From positions 48,298,001 to 48,362,000 of the forward strand of contig NC_043009.1 of NCBI RefSeq assembly GCF_006345805.1: 64,000 bases of DNA. The letters run 5' to 3'. Origin of the DNA: Octopus sinensis (Eukaryota). The first letter of the stretch is position 1, and each line of letters starts with the position of its first letter. Made by a program: the position numbers and the translations under genes. The notes beneath the pieces were generated by a model, which did not search any database, had not been told where the DNA came from, and was given only the letters and a program-made list of their open reading frames with translations. This document shows positions 11,398 to 22,930 of this stretch, one piece after another.

Positions 11398-12430
11398 ACC
11401 TGTCCTCCCCTTTACACTTCATATTGACATTTCTGTGATAACGATCCCTATTGATCAATTTTTTTTTTTTTTTTTTCCTCTCCCCCTTTTTTTTTTTTTT
11501 TTTACCCCCCCTTTTTTTGTCCCTTTCTCTCCTTTTACGATCCCTTTTGATCGAAACTCCCCCTTCCTTTTTTTTTTTTTTTTTTTAAACCTTCAAAAGA
11601 AAAGCTCTACCTTGTAATTTGTTCTATCTGTGTGCAGCCCTGTGTGGCTAATAAAGAAACATATCTATCTATTTATCTATCTATCTATCTCCGAATATAT
11701 ATATATATATAGACAATAATAATAAAGAGTAAAATTAATTAATTTATTTATAATTAATATTCTTACCAAGTAGTTCGGTATGTTAAAAGAACCATTATCG
11801 GTAAACATGCAAAAATTATTATAATTATAAACATAATTATAATTAGGGTTGAGCAAAAATTGCTTCACCACATACCGAAATTTAGAAATAGCAGTTAAAT
11901 ACTATTCCAGTACCATAAGATATCTCCCAGGCAGCAATACTCTCAACTCACACAGGCAAAGAGGAAAAAATAACGAATCAAAGCCAGAGTATTGCTTTGA
12001 CGTTTAAGTTACAATACCTTTTAGTGTTGATTTGCAGTATATCAATTTACTGGTAGTGTAAATGAGGTATGATAAGCCTGAAACATACCAAGCGTTGTCA
12101 TCGGATTGCCAGAGATCAGATGCATGCCCAACTGTATCCTGTTCTTAATTAATTGCTCTTTAATTAAATTTCCTGTGTCTGGCTCAGAGAGTTTACTTAA
12201 TCAGAGATAAATATCACAATAAATCCTGCTTCTTCTGATTATGGGCATTTTAATTAATTAAAATTTCTTGGCTCACTACATGCATATTAGCAATTTCATG
12301 TAAATACACACACATACACACACATATATACATACATACACACATACATATACATATATAATGCATATACTATACATACATGCACACATGTACATATATA
12401 TACATACATATATGTATGTATATATATATA

Positions 12431-12488
<58 letters not shown>

Positions 12489-12669
12489 TGTAAGTATATA
12501 TATAAGACACATACACCAGACGCACACATGAATTTATACATGTGTGTATGTGGTACATTTATCTGAAATTAAATTTATCCATATAATTTTGATTAGATGT
12601 AGTCTATAATCCTTCAGTCTCTCTCACTAGTAAAATATCTCAATCAAGCAATCAAGTAATCAATCAATC

Positions 12670-12683
12670 AACCAGTCTATTTG

Positions 12684-12771
<88 letters not shown>

Positions 12772-12961
12772 ATTATCTATCTATCTATATATATATATAT
12801 GTATATATTTACATATATATACACACATATATAAATACGCACATGTATACACACACAACAGACATATATATAAATATACGTGTATGTGCGTATTGTATGC
12901 ATTTATATATTCATAAATATATGTGTATCTTTCTCTCTCTCTCTATCTCTCTCTCTCTCTA

Positions 12962-12994
<33 letters not shown>

Positions 12995-13030
12995 GTCTCT
13001 CTCTCTCTGTATATATATATATATAATTAA
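12670..13030. repeat. Compound (TCTA)n/(TA)n/(TC)n/(TCTG)n microsatellite
   Basis: Directly visible. Confidence 0.9.
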
Positions 13031-13121
13031 TCAAAAAACAGAAAAAAGGACAAGAAAAACAATAACGTGAGGACGTGGTATATGCAGCGTATTAAGACCC
13101 TGAGAGAAGGAAAGAAACGAT

Positions 13122-13156
13122 GTTTTATGTTTGGAGCAAAGTTCTTCTTCAAAAAC
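13122..13156 (-). ncRNA. Decayed hammerhead-like motif (Penelope terminal-repeat remnant)
   Basis: Minus strand GTTTT-TGAAGA-AGAACTTTGCTC-CAAAC-ATA-AAAC resembles GUUU-CUGAAGA-stemII-GAAAC-GUA-AAAC with core substitutions; predicted inactive. Confidence 0.35.
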
Positions 13157-13296
13157 AGGAGACAGAGGAAAGTCCAAAAGTAAAGGAAGACGGAGGAAAA
13201 GAATCGCTAACAGTCCACTGAGTACCTAATTCGCGGAACTCTTTCTGTCATCGGATTATATTACCTTATTCATTCGGAGTTCGCCATTTCTGCACC

Positions 13297-13361
<65 letters not shown>

Positions 13362-13545
13362 GCTTTGGTATCCAGAAGATCTAAAAGGCAGGTATGGCTA
13401 TGTAAGTGCTACGGAAGGAGCAGTGTTAGACTCCCGGTTCGATAATAGTATGAGTGAGGTGCCTAACGCGGGTCGTGTGTGAGCGTGTATAAGTTAAATA
13501 AAATTAGACAACAAAGCCAAAGGATATTTTATAAAGAAAAGGTTA

Positions 13546-13593
13546 GTCTTACAGCTGTTTCAGGGATACAAAAGATATCCCATCATCAGAGAT
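13546..13593 (-). ncRNA. Minimal type-I hammerhead ribozyme
   Basis: Minus strand AUCU-CUGAUGA-UGGGAUAU-CUUUU-GUAUCCCU-GAAAC-AGCU-GUA-AGAC has an intact core, a 7-bp stem II and a palindromic ACAGCUGU stem III. Confidence 0.8.
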
Positions 13594-13772
13594 GGTTTGA
13601 AAGAGTTAAATAGAAGGAAATAGTATAGTTCAGTATAAGAAGTTATTTTGGAGAAGGAGAGATATAGGAAGTATAAAGGGAAATATGAGAATAAATATGT
13701 ATATGTTGGATGTTAAAGTTGCTGTTCCATTTTCCGAGGAATGTGTTGTCTTCTATTTATCTTTCTCGTATC

Positions 13773-13820
13773 GTCTCTGATGATGGAATATCTTTTATAT
13801 TCCCGAAACGGCTGTAAGAC
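13773..13820 (+). ncRNA. Minimal type-I hammerhead ribozyme
   Basis: GUCU-CUGAUGA-UGGAAUAU-CUUUU-AUAUUCCC-GAAAC-GGCU-GUA-AGAC has an intact core, GUCU/AGAC stem I, a perfect 7-bp stem II and a GUA cleavage triplet. Confidence 0.85.
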
Positions 13821-13920
13821 TACCCTTCTTTTTATAAAATGTCCAAGAAATTTCACACTGCCTTGGCTTGTTGCCTCATTTTATTTTTATCATTATATAT
13901 ATATGTATTATGTGTGTGTA

Positions 13921-14004
<84 letters not shown>

Positions 14005-14719
14005 ATATATAATATATATAATATATATATGTATATTAATATATATATTCATGTATATGGTATATATGTATGTCTATATATATAGTAACGCGACAGATAC
14101 TACTTATTGATTCATGTAAAACCGAGTTAACTTGTTATGCAAAAACGGCGCGGCCATATTGAATTGAAATAACCATCTATTTATTATACGTACTTAATGG
14201 ATATATATCATAGCCAGACAAGTTGCTGTAGTATTTTCCTTGAGATGACACCTCTTATGGACGTACTATGTAAAAAGCACAGTAAACAACAGGGGTAGAC
14301 GAAAATTCGTCTCCGTAGTAACCACAAGAAATGTTATGCTATCCCAGGAAAACTACTACCGTAACTTACCTATCAGCAGTGTGTATACATTAAGTGTGAT
14401 ACATAGATGACTGTTACCATATTTTATCTTTTAAATTTGACTTGTTTCAGTCATTAAACCGCGGCCATGCTGGGGCAGCCGCAGATATTTATTTTTTAGA
14501 GTCTGGTACTTTTTTTATTTGCTGTTATTTGTTTATTTATTTAGTAAGTTCTGTGACTGTCTGCCGATCACATGACTTGCAGCTGAAAGAATTTGTCATC
14601 CAAATCACACGGAAAAGAACTTTGGTCAAACAAAAGTTAAGTCGGAATAACTTTTGTTCTTTTAATTCCGCTTTCTTACAAATATTGTGACTGAGAAGTG
14701 ACATTGCTTTTTTCTTCTC

Positions 14720-14720
14720 T

Positions 14721-14767
<47 letters not shown>

Positions 14768-14839
14768 TTTCAGCTTCTTTATCACCACCACTATTTCATT
14801 ATCAACATCGTCATCATCATCATCATCATCATCATCATT

Positions 14840-14884
<45 letters not shown>

Positions 14885-15300
14885 GTCATCGTCGTCGTCG
14901 TCGTCATCATCATCATTATCCTCCTCCTCCTCCATGTTGCCACCATCATCATCATCGTTCACCATCATCATCATCGTTCACCATCATCATCATCGTTCAT
15001 CATCATCATCATCGTTCACCATCATCTACCACTACCACCACCACCACCACCACCACCACCACCACCACAACCGTCTTCATTATCGTCATCATCACCATCA
15101 TCATCGCGATCGTCATCATGATCATCATTATGATGATCATCATCCACGTCATCATGATCGTCGTTATCACCGTCGATGTCGTCGTCGTCGTCACCCTCCT
15201 CCTCCTGTTCATCATCATCATCATTATCACCACAACTATCACCGTCTTCTACCTATCCTTTACCTCTCCCCTTTACTTCAAACCCCATCCCCCTCACCTT
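14720..15300. repeat. Mosaic (TC)n, (TCA)n, (CGT)n, (CAC)n simple repeats
   Basis: Directly visible; source of the poly-D and poly-H pseudo-ORFs. Confidence 0.9.
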
Positions 15301-15633
15301 CCTGATCTTCGTCTGTGGATTTCAGAACCATTTCCACCGTAAAACGAAAAAAAAATCAAAAGCAACAAAACCCCCAAAAAATCAATGGAAACAAAACACC
15401 CCAGAAAGCCACGACTTTGACACAGACACGGCAAGAGTACGTGACACACTTTATAGCTACCACAACCACCCATCACACCACCACCCATACCATTTTGGTA
15501 ACATCATCAACACCACCATCACCATCAGCATCTACACCATTCTCACCACCCTCATGACTCACCACCACCACCACCACCACCACTACCATCCAATTCACCA
15601 GCTAACCTTATATCGATTTGTTTACACGTATAC

Positions 15634-15669
<36 letters not shown>

Positions 15670-16077
15670 CGCACATGCACGTAGGCACACGTATATTCCA
15701 TAAAAAAATCTCACGAAATGGTTATTTGCGACCTACAGACTTGTGGTTGTACCTTGAATTGCAATCACCGCTACTGGAAAACAGGAACAGAATATGTGTG
15801 CCAACGTGTATGCATTTGTATACATACATATAAACACATACATACGCACACACACACACATGCACACACAAGCACACACACACATGTAAACACACACAAG
15901 CACACACACACATGTAAACACACACAATCTCACACACACACACACACATATATATGCATTCATAATATATATATGTTTAAATAAATAAATATATATATTA
16001 TATATATGTGTATATATATATGAATATATATATATATATATTTGTATATGTATATACATTGATATATATATATCTAT

Positions 16078-16109
<32 letters not shown>

Positions 16110-16169
16110 ATATATATATATATACATGTATGTATATAAATATCATACATACATAGAATGCTGGCATTT

Positions 16170-16360
16170 GGAATTGAATTAAAAGTTCACCTGCACTCTA
16201 AGTTACGGGAGAGGGGAGACAGTGCATGATAGATGTTCCAAGAGAGAGACAGTTTGGGAAAAAGGTCTCCGTATCATAGAATAAATGTTTAAAAGAACGG
16301 ATGCGAAGTAAATCATATTTTGGAACGGATATCAGCTAGATTGTCCCTTTGTTGTGTCGT
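16170..16360 (+). repeat. Unclassified dispersed repeat, diverged copy of 20700-20935
   Basis: Shared blocks ctgcactctaag, tgcatga, tctccgta, aaaagaacgga, aaatcatattttg and cggatatcag-tagattgt-cctttgtt. Confidence 0.55.
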
Positions 16361-16369
16361 GTGGATCTT

Positions 16370-16467
16370 CATGTATGTATGTATGTATGTATGTATGTAT
16401 GTATGTATGTATGTATGTATGTATGTATGTATGTGTGTGTGTATGTATGTATGTATGTATGTATGTA

Positions 16468-16504
<37 letters not shown>

Positions 16505-16675
16505 ATGTATGTTGTATGTATGTATGTATGTATGTTGTATGTATGTATGTATGTAGTATGTATGTATGTATGTATGTATGATGTATGTATGTATGTATGT
16601 ATGTATGTATGTATGTATGTGTGTATGTATGTATGTATGTATGTATGTATGTATGTGTGTATGTATATATGTATG

Positions 16676-16707
<32 letters not shown>

Positions 16708-16722
16708 TGTATGTATGTATGT
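16370..16722. repeat. (TATG)n microsatellite at the 3' end of the minus-strand RLE element
   Basis: Directly visible. Confidence 0.95.
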
Positions 16723-17112
16723 CCTTATTCAGTTTTATTTCAAGAGTTCTTACCAATAGAGAAAGAGCCGGTTTTTAACCTAGATCCAACATTAACAGGG
16801 TATTTTTGTATGTATGTATAATTGTAGATTTGTATGTTTTCTTCTATGTATGTCTCCTCATGCATGTACTTGCATATCTAGACATGCTCATATATACTTA
16901 AATGAATGATAAATTTCTGGAAAGTTTTATAGATTTTTACAGTTCCAGTGATGGATTAGATCTCGTCTTTAAATCAGCTTTCTCCTTTCTGGTTTTGAGA
17001 AGCCTAATTTCTCAAGATTGGCATTTCGGTAGTGTGTTATGTATCCCAGTGCTCCAATAATTACAGGTATAAAGCTGAACCTCTAATCCGGATAGTATAA
17101 TGTAAATATGCA
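16723..17112 (-). mobile_element. 3' end of an RLE-type non-LTR retrotransposon (C-terminus plus 3' UTR) ending in (ACAT)n
   Basis: Minus-strand translation ...FSFIPVIIGALGYITHYRNANLEKLGFSKPERRKLI...SITGTVKIYKTFQKFII is homologous to 2128-2346. The UTR ends AATAAAACTGAA and is followed by (ACAT)n. Confidence 0.7.
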
Positions 17113-17628
17113 TGTATGTAAGTGCGTGTGAACATCATCATGGTCAAGTGTATTGAAGACCATGAGGTTCCGGGTTCGACCGTACACTGTGGCATGCTAG
17201 CCGTCTGCATTTACGAGAGGTTTAGGTCGTTCGAAACTTGCCAAGACAAGAATTGTGTAGACGTGCGCTGTATAGAATAATATAATACATATAATACTTA
17301 AAGAACAGCCTTGTCATATCGTGTCACGCTCAAAATTACGTTGAAAGTACACGTATCTCTGGAATACTCAACCACTTCGACGTTAATAATTCGAGGAGGT
17401 CGTTGAGCTGATCGAAAAACTGGGCGTATTTTACAGCGTATTCTACTATATTCTACGCGCGTGTGCAACCGGATGTCTACACTACAAAACTATCATTACT
17501 TTACCAAGACTTGAATTGTGTAGATGTGCGCTGTATGGAATGTACATGTAATACTTGAAGAAGAGCTTTGTCATATTGTGTTACGCTGACAAGTACTTCG
17601 AAAATTTTCGTTTATATACCGATGAGAA

Positions 17629-18135
17629 CCGTAAATCCTCGAGTATAGTCCGCCCTTGAGTATAATACGCAGGTGATTTTTAGGGGGATGTACTTCTGAA
17701 AAACCTAAACCTTGGGTTTAAAACGCACCCCTTCTCTAACTTGAGTCAAGGAGGTCTATATAACGTCCTTGGTTTGTAAAAATGTATACGGTAATGTCCT
17801 TTATTATTATTGTATATTTAACACAATGCAAACGTGTAGCTTTTTGGGCATTTTGTTTGCAGAAAATAAATAAATAACAGTAATAACAGTAATAACGTTT
17901 AATAAATATTGCTTACTGCAAGTTATGGATGATTCTTTTATGACTTCATTGCTTTCAGGCTTAACTTAAGGTATTTTCGCGCCCGACATCACATGATGCG
18001 TCTGAATAAACATTGCCGGACAGCAAATAGAGACTCGGACATTGCTTAGAAAATAATTTTCATTTTTAACCTCGTATATAGTACGCACTAGGGATTTTGA
18101 CCTTTAATTTTTGGGGAAAAAATGCGGATTTACGG
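17629..18135. mobile_element. Pogo/Tigger-like non-autonomous DNA element (MITE)
   Basis: Left end ccgtaaatcctcgagtatagtccgc; right end tgcggatt-tacgg is an internally shortened inverted copy. Confidence 0.55.
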
Positions 18136-18137
18136 CA

Positions 18138-19078
18138 CTGTATATATCTCAATACAACTTGCTACATGGTCGAGCCATAGGTGATTAAATCGGTGTCTGA
18201 TTGGTAACAGTTTTCATTGGACAGCTTACAGGGCGAAAGTCAACACCTGGCAAAAAGTGGATGAATTCAGTAGGGCCAATGAACATCCAGTTGCTGGGAG
18301 GGAGAGACAATCTTTATTTAAACATATCTCTAGGGGAAGGAAATCTTTCTTGTAACACTTGCGACTTCGTTTGCATCAAATGATGTACATTAGTTCTTCA
18401 TTACGGGCGAATGTATACGTTGATTAGACAGTAGGGATGGCTTTGTGAAAAATCTTTCTTCATTTTAAAAACTTCAGACTCAGGCATCGCTTGGTTTTTA
18501 ACGGTGCTATTTTGCTTGATTCTTAACGCTCCTATATTCCGCCTGGCCAAATGTAAAACACTCAATGAAACATCCAACGATGGATTAGCGAATTAACGGC
18601 ATGTATCATCAAGAGTGGCAACTCTCTTAACACTTGTTGCTAGCTGATCCCATCGTTGCTATATCTTTGCAAAAGAATGTGGGTCACTAGCAGAACTAAA
18701 AAGACCACACTCTTGCCGTCATAGTTAAGAGAAATCTGAATCAAAATTCGAGTTGTAGACATTATGTGTGTATGTATGTACACACGCGCGCGTACACACA
18801 CACATTAACGACAAAGAGAACATTAATACTGTGTGGTAATATTTATTCGCACTTAAACGTGGACATTCTGCTAGAACAGAATTTACTGTGGTAAATTGAA
18901 TGCCTCTCCCTCCCGGCAATTGGATGCCCATTGGGTCTACTAAATTGATCCGTCTTTTAGCAGGTTTTGACTTTCGTCCTATAAGCTATCCAGCGAAAGC
19001 GACTCTCGTTACCAAACAGACACCGATTTAAACACCTAAGGCTCGAACATGCGACAAGTTGTATTGGGTTACATACAG
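18138..19078. mobile_element. Non-autonomous DNA element with ~180-bp terminal inverted repeats
   Basis: 18138-~18315 aligns with the reverse complement of ~18895-19078 (caatacaacttg, cgagcc-taggtg-ttaaatcggtgtctg-ttggtaac, gaaagtcaa, gggagggagag). Flanked by ca on the left and ta on the right. Confidence 0.8.
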
Positions 19079-19081
19079 TAC

Positions 19082-19833
19082 TCATCGGTCCTGTAGCGCC
19101 ATTGTAATTATTTAGAAAAACAAAGCAATAACGAGGGAAATAAACTTATGACTGATTGTAAGATCAAATGTTGCTATTTCGTTCATAATTAGTTTATCGC
19201 AAATAAAGATCAGGGCAGTGACACTGAACTATAAAAATACATCTGGAACTTGAAAGATAGCAGTATTATATGTAGTATCAAATATACAAGGAAGACTTTT
19301 CGTTTATATACCGCAAAGTAATGATAGTTTTATAATGTCAATATTCGGTTGCACATGCGCGTAGAATATGGTGTAAAATAAATCCTGTGTGAGAGCAATT
19401 ATCTCCTTACCGTTAGATATTTGGGTTTGATTGTTTCTATCTGTATGTACCTGCGTCCGTATACTCACTTATTCTGCCTCAATCTGTTGATTTTGTTTCT
19501 CTTGAAAGAATTTTCAGTTATGTCAACAATAACTGGCAGTTTGAATTTGACGTTTGAATAATCATTTTATATTTTTTGGTATAAATTAATAATACCAAAT
19601 TAATTTCCAAATTGCATAAGTTGCAAGTTCTTCATCACTGCATATAATACTGCTATCTTTCAAGTTCCAGATGTATTTGTATAGTTCAGTGTCACTGACC
19701 TGATCTTTATTTACGAAGAACTAATTATGAACGAAATAGTTACATTTGATCTTACAGTAAGTCATAAGTTTACTTTCCTCGTCATTCCTTTGTTTTTCTA
19801 AGTAATTACAATGGCGATACAGGACCGATTGCG
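19082..19833. mobile_element. Foldback/MITE-like element with ~200-bp inverted arms
   Basis: 19084-19285 is the near-perfect reverse complement of ~19640-19830 (atcggtcctgta-cgccattgtaatta...tacatctggaacttgaaagatagcagtattatatg). Confidence 0.85.
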
Positions 19834-20358
19834 ATTATTACAGGAATCTTTGTTACTATAGGAACAATAAAAATCTTAGACATGTTGGATTTTGTTTATA
19901 ATATATTTTTCATGTGTGCTGTAAACTAAAACTTAACAAATTATTTCTATTAAATAATTCTTTGTAACTGATTGCACACAATTTTTTTTTTACAAAATCA
20001 GCGTTTAGCTCTGATAGATTTTATAACTATTAACAAAAGACGTTGATATTGAACCACGTGATATTCCGACATCGTTACAGTTTTCTGTCAGACGGTGGTA
20101 AGGGATAATGCGGTGTAATTGATCTTATATTTCTTGTGTTGTTGTTCGTGTATGTTGAATTGTAAATCATTTAAATATAACTATCACGAAATCATCGCTT
20201 CTTGCTTATTGATTTGTGATTGTACGGTTCAGTATCACACAGTTTATCTAAGAGAAGCTATGTTCGAAAAACTTCTTAATATATATAGATATATATATAC
20301 ATAGGTACGAGCATACATGCACACATACCCACGTGCAGAAACACACACACACTCACGC

Positions 20359-20484
<126 letters not shown>

Positions 20485-21058
20485 TATATATATATATTAC
20501 ATGCAATATATACATATAAATATACATATATATGTATATATTATATATATAATAATATATATAATATATATATATGTATGTATATGTATAAATGTGTATG
20601 TATATATATGTACATATGCATATATATATTTATGTGCTTATGTGTGTGTATGTGTGTATGTGTGTGTGTTTGTGTGTGTTCAAGCATGTGAAATTATTAC
20701 TGGAATTCGCAAAATAAAATAAAAGGACATCTGCACTCTAAGGAAAGGGAGAAAGAGAGATGAGACACTGCATGACAAATGTATCAAGACGGCCATCTTT
20801 AAAAATATATATATATTTATAAAAAAACAAAATCTCCGTATTATAGGGATAAAAAAAAATGCTAAAAGAACGGAACTGAGCGAAATCATATTTTGTAGCG
20901 GATATCAGATAGATTGTTCCTTTGTTATCGAAGATTCGAACTGTTCATTCCATTTACTTCGTGTCTTAAAAAATACATACATAGATACATACATACGTAT
21001 ATATATATATATGTATATATATATTATATATGATGTATGCATATGTATGCATGTATAC

Positions 21059-21172
<114 letters not shown>

Positions 21173-21729
21173 GATATGTATATGTATATAGTGTTTGTGC
21201 GTGTGTTTCTACATGTGCATGAGGAAAGCATAAGTATCAATGTATAGGTGGATTCTGTGACATGTTGAACTTCTTGAATATTTTATACGTTTTCAGACTA
21301 CCTTTGATACTTCGTAGATGTAATCATCTGAAGAGGATGTATGTTATGTATAAATGTATATATGTATGTGTATATATATGTGTGTGTGTATATGTATATG
21401 TATATATGCATATATATGTATGTTTTGATGCATGCATTCATACATGCATTCTTACATACGTGCATACATATAAATTAGTCTTTCATATGCAGCTTTTATA
21501 ATGCAGCGTTTGTGTTTCCTTAACTGAAATGTCAAAGGATTCACTACCAGGACAAATGGCATTTCAGATAAGCTCTCACAGCTCTTACCCAGAACTATTC
21601 CTGTTGGTAGCCCCCTGGTGAAATCGTTACGACTGTCAACTCGTATTTGCCATTCTTGACGAGTTTAAAAATCTGCTTTCACGTGCATGACTGCTGGTAT
21701 CTGTAATACAAGGAGGTGCTGAGTACTAT

Positions 21730-21860
21730 TTGGCTTTAAGGGTGTCGCGAAAGGCCTTGTTGGAGGGCCAACCTTCCGAGTACTTTTACAGAGTTTAGTA
21801 AATTTGAAGGAGAAAACTACAATAAGTGTGTGAATCTGAGAGAGGAATATGTTGACTAAA
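21730..21860 (+). repeat. Fragment shared with 1953-2015, possibly the EN-RT linker of another L1/Tx1 family
   Basis: ggctttaagggtgtcgcgaaaggc occurs at both sites. The translation ALRVSRKALLEGQPSEYFYRV loosely resembles the RSR..W.EEGEK.S.YF linker motif. Confidence 0.35.
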
Positions 21861-21994
21861 ATCTCAATTAAGGGGTCCTCCTGTATTTTCTTTTACATAA
21901 AGCCTGGACATTTTCTGTCACACCCTCTCGTTCTATCGGTGTAGGGAATTCTCATTGTCCAGTTCACTAAAAAGGTTTTACTAAAAAGTTTGCA

Positions 21995-22312
21995 TAGGAG
22001 TAGAAGTGGCTGTGTGGTAAGTAGCTTGCTCACCAACCACATGGTTCCGGGTTCAGTCCCACTGCACGGCACCTTGGGCAAGTGTCTTCTACTATAGCCT
22101 CCGGGCCGACCAAAGCATTATGAGTGAATTTGGTTGACGGAAACTGAAAGAAGCCCGTCGCATATACATGAATATATGTGTGTGTGTATGTGTTTGTTCC
22201 CCCAACAAGTACTGGGCTTACAAAATAATAAGTCCTGGGGTTGATTTGCTCGACTAAAGGCGGTGCTCCAGCATGGCCACAGTCAAATGACTGTAACAAG
22301 TAAAAGAGTAAA
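21995..22312 (+). mobile_element. SINE family A (internally deleted)
   Basis: Head, core and 3' end match the 243-612 family. Confidence 0.85.
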
Positions 22313-22334
22313 ATAATATTGTCTTACTTGTATT

Positions 22335-22492
22335 TAGGCGCAGGCTTGGCTTTGTGGTAAGAAGCTTGCCTCCCAATCACATGGCCTTTGGATCCAATCC
22401 AAGCGACTTCATGGTAGGCCTTATGCCGTCCTTAAACCTCTTATTAGGTTTACACCGATTGCGTTTCCCCTCTGCAAGCTCGCCACAAAACA
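22335..22492 (+). mobile_element. SINE A head fused to an inverted RTE fragment
   Basis: SINE head at 22335-~22400; 22393-22492 is the reverse complement of RTE 22964-23063. Confidence 0.75.
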
Positions 22493-22930
22493 CTTGTACG
22501 AGCAAGATTTGTATGGGCAGACGATTTTACATGGATGTAGCATCTAATATTTCATTAATTTAATTACTGAAATTTGTTTAAACTTTAACCATAATGCTTC
22601 TCCTTGTATTTCGCAGAGGAATTAGAGCGATTGACCTTTTGTTGGAATATACACTTCAGCACTACACAAATTTTGTTGTATGGAGCAGACTGCAACCTCG
22701 TAAATAACAGCATCGGCGATACGGTTCCGATTTAAAAGACAAGACTATTTATCTGTGCAACAGATATTTAACGCTGTTTATTTCGTTCGATGTATTGTAA
22801 TTATATTGTCAAGTCTAGAGTACAGCTGTATATTAATATATAATTATTTCTATGAAATATAATGAGAATTGATAGAAAAAGGCGTAGCTTCCATTTGATG
22901 TCAGGAGAACCAATGTCAGGAGAACCAATG

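Larger units (their letters stand above)
5591..11660 (+). mobile_element. Near full-length Tx1/L1-clade non-LTR retrotransposon, frameshifted
   Basis: 5' UTR, ORF1 with CCHC knuckle, ORF2 with APE endonuclease + RT (YADD) + C-terminal CX2CX8HX4C, and a pyrimidine-rich 3' UTR ending AATAAAGAAAC. Flanked on both sides by (TATC)n. Confidence 0.93.
13497..13885. mobile_element. Inverted pair of Penelope-like pseudo-LTR segments (arms ~13497-13617 and ~13749-13885)
   Basis: The reverse complement of the left arm aligns with the right arm across the ribozyme and its flanks (cttctattta...ctctgatga...gtaagacta...tttataaaat...ggcttgttg). Confidence 0.65.

Noticed and set aside
5591-11660. Discrete target-site duplication for the Tx1 element
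   Set aside because: Cannot be delimited because both flanks are TATC arrays.
12060-12095. Hammerhead-like ...ATGAGG...GCCTGAAACATAC
   Set aside because: The CUGA core is missing and there is no GUH site or stem I.
14537-15342. Poly-D, poly-H and poly-T ORFs
   Set aside because: Translations of (TCA)n/(CAC)n trinucleotide mosaics, open on both strands with no domain.
16313-16821. HTYI/MYVC repeat ORFs
   Set aside because: Pure (TATG)n translation; the same applies to the many YIYI, CVCV and LSIY ORFs across the window.
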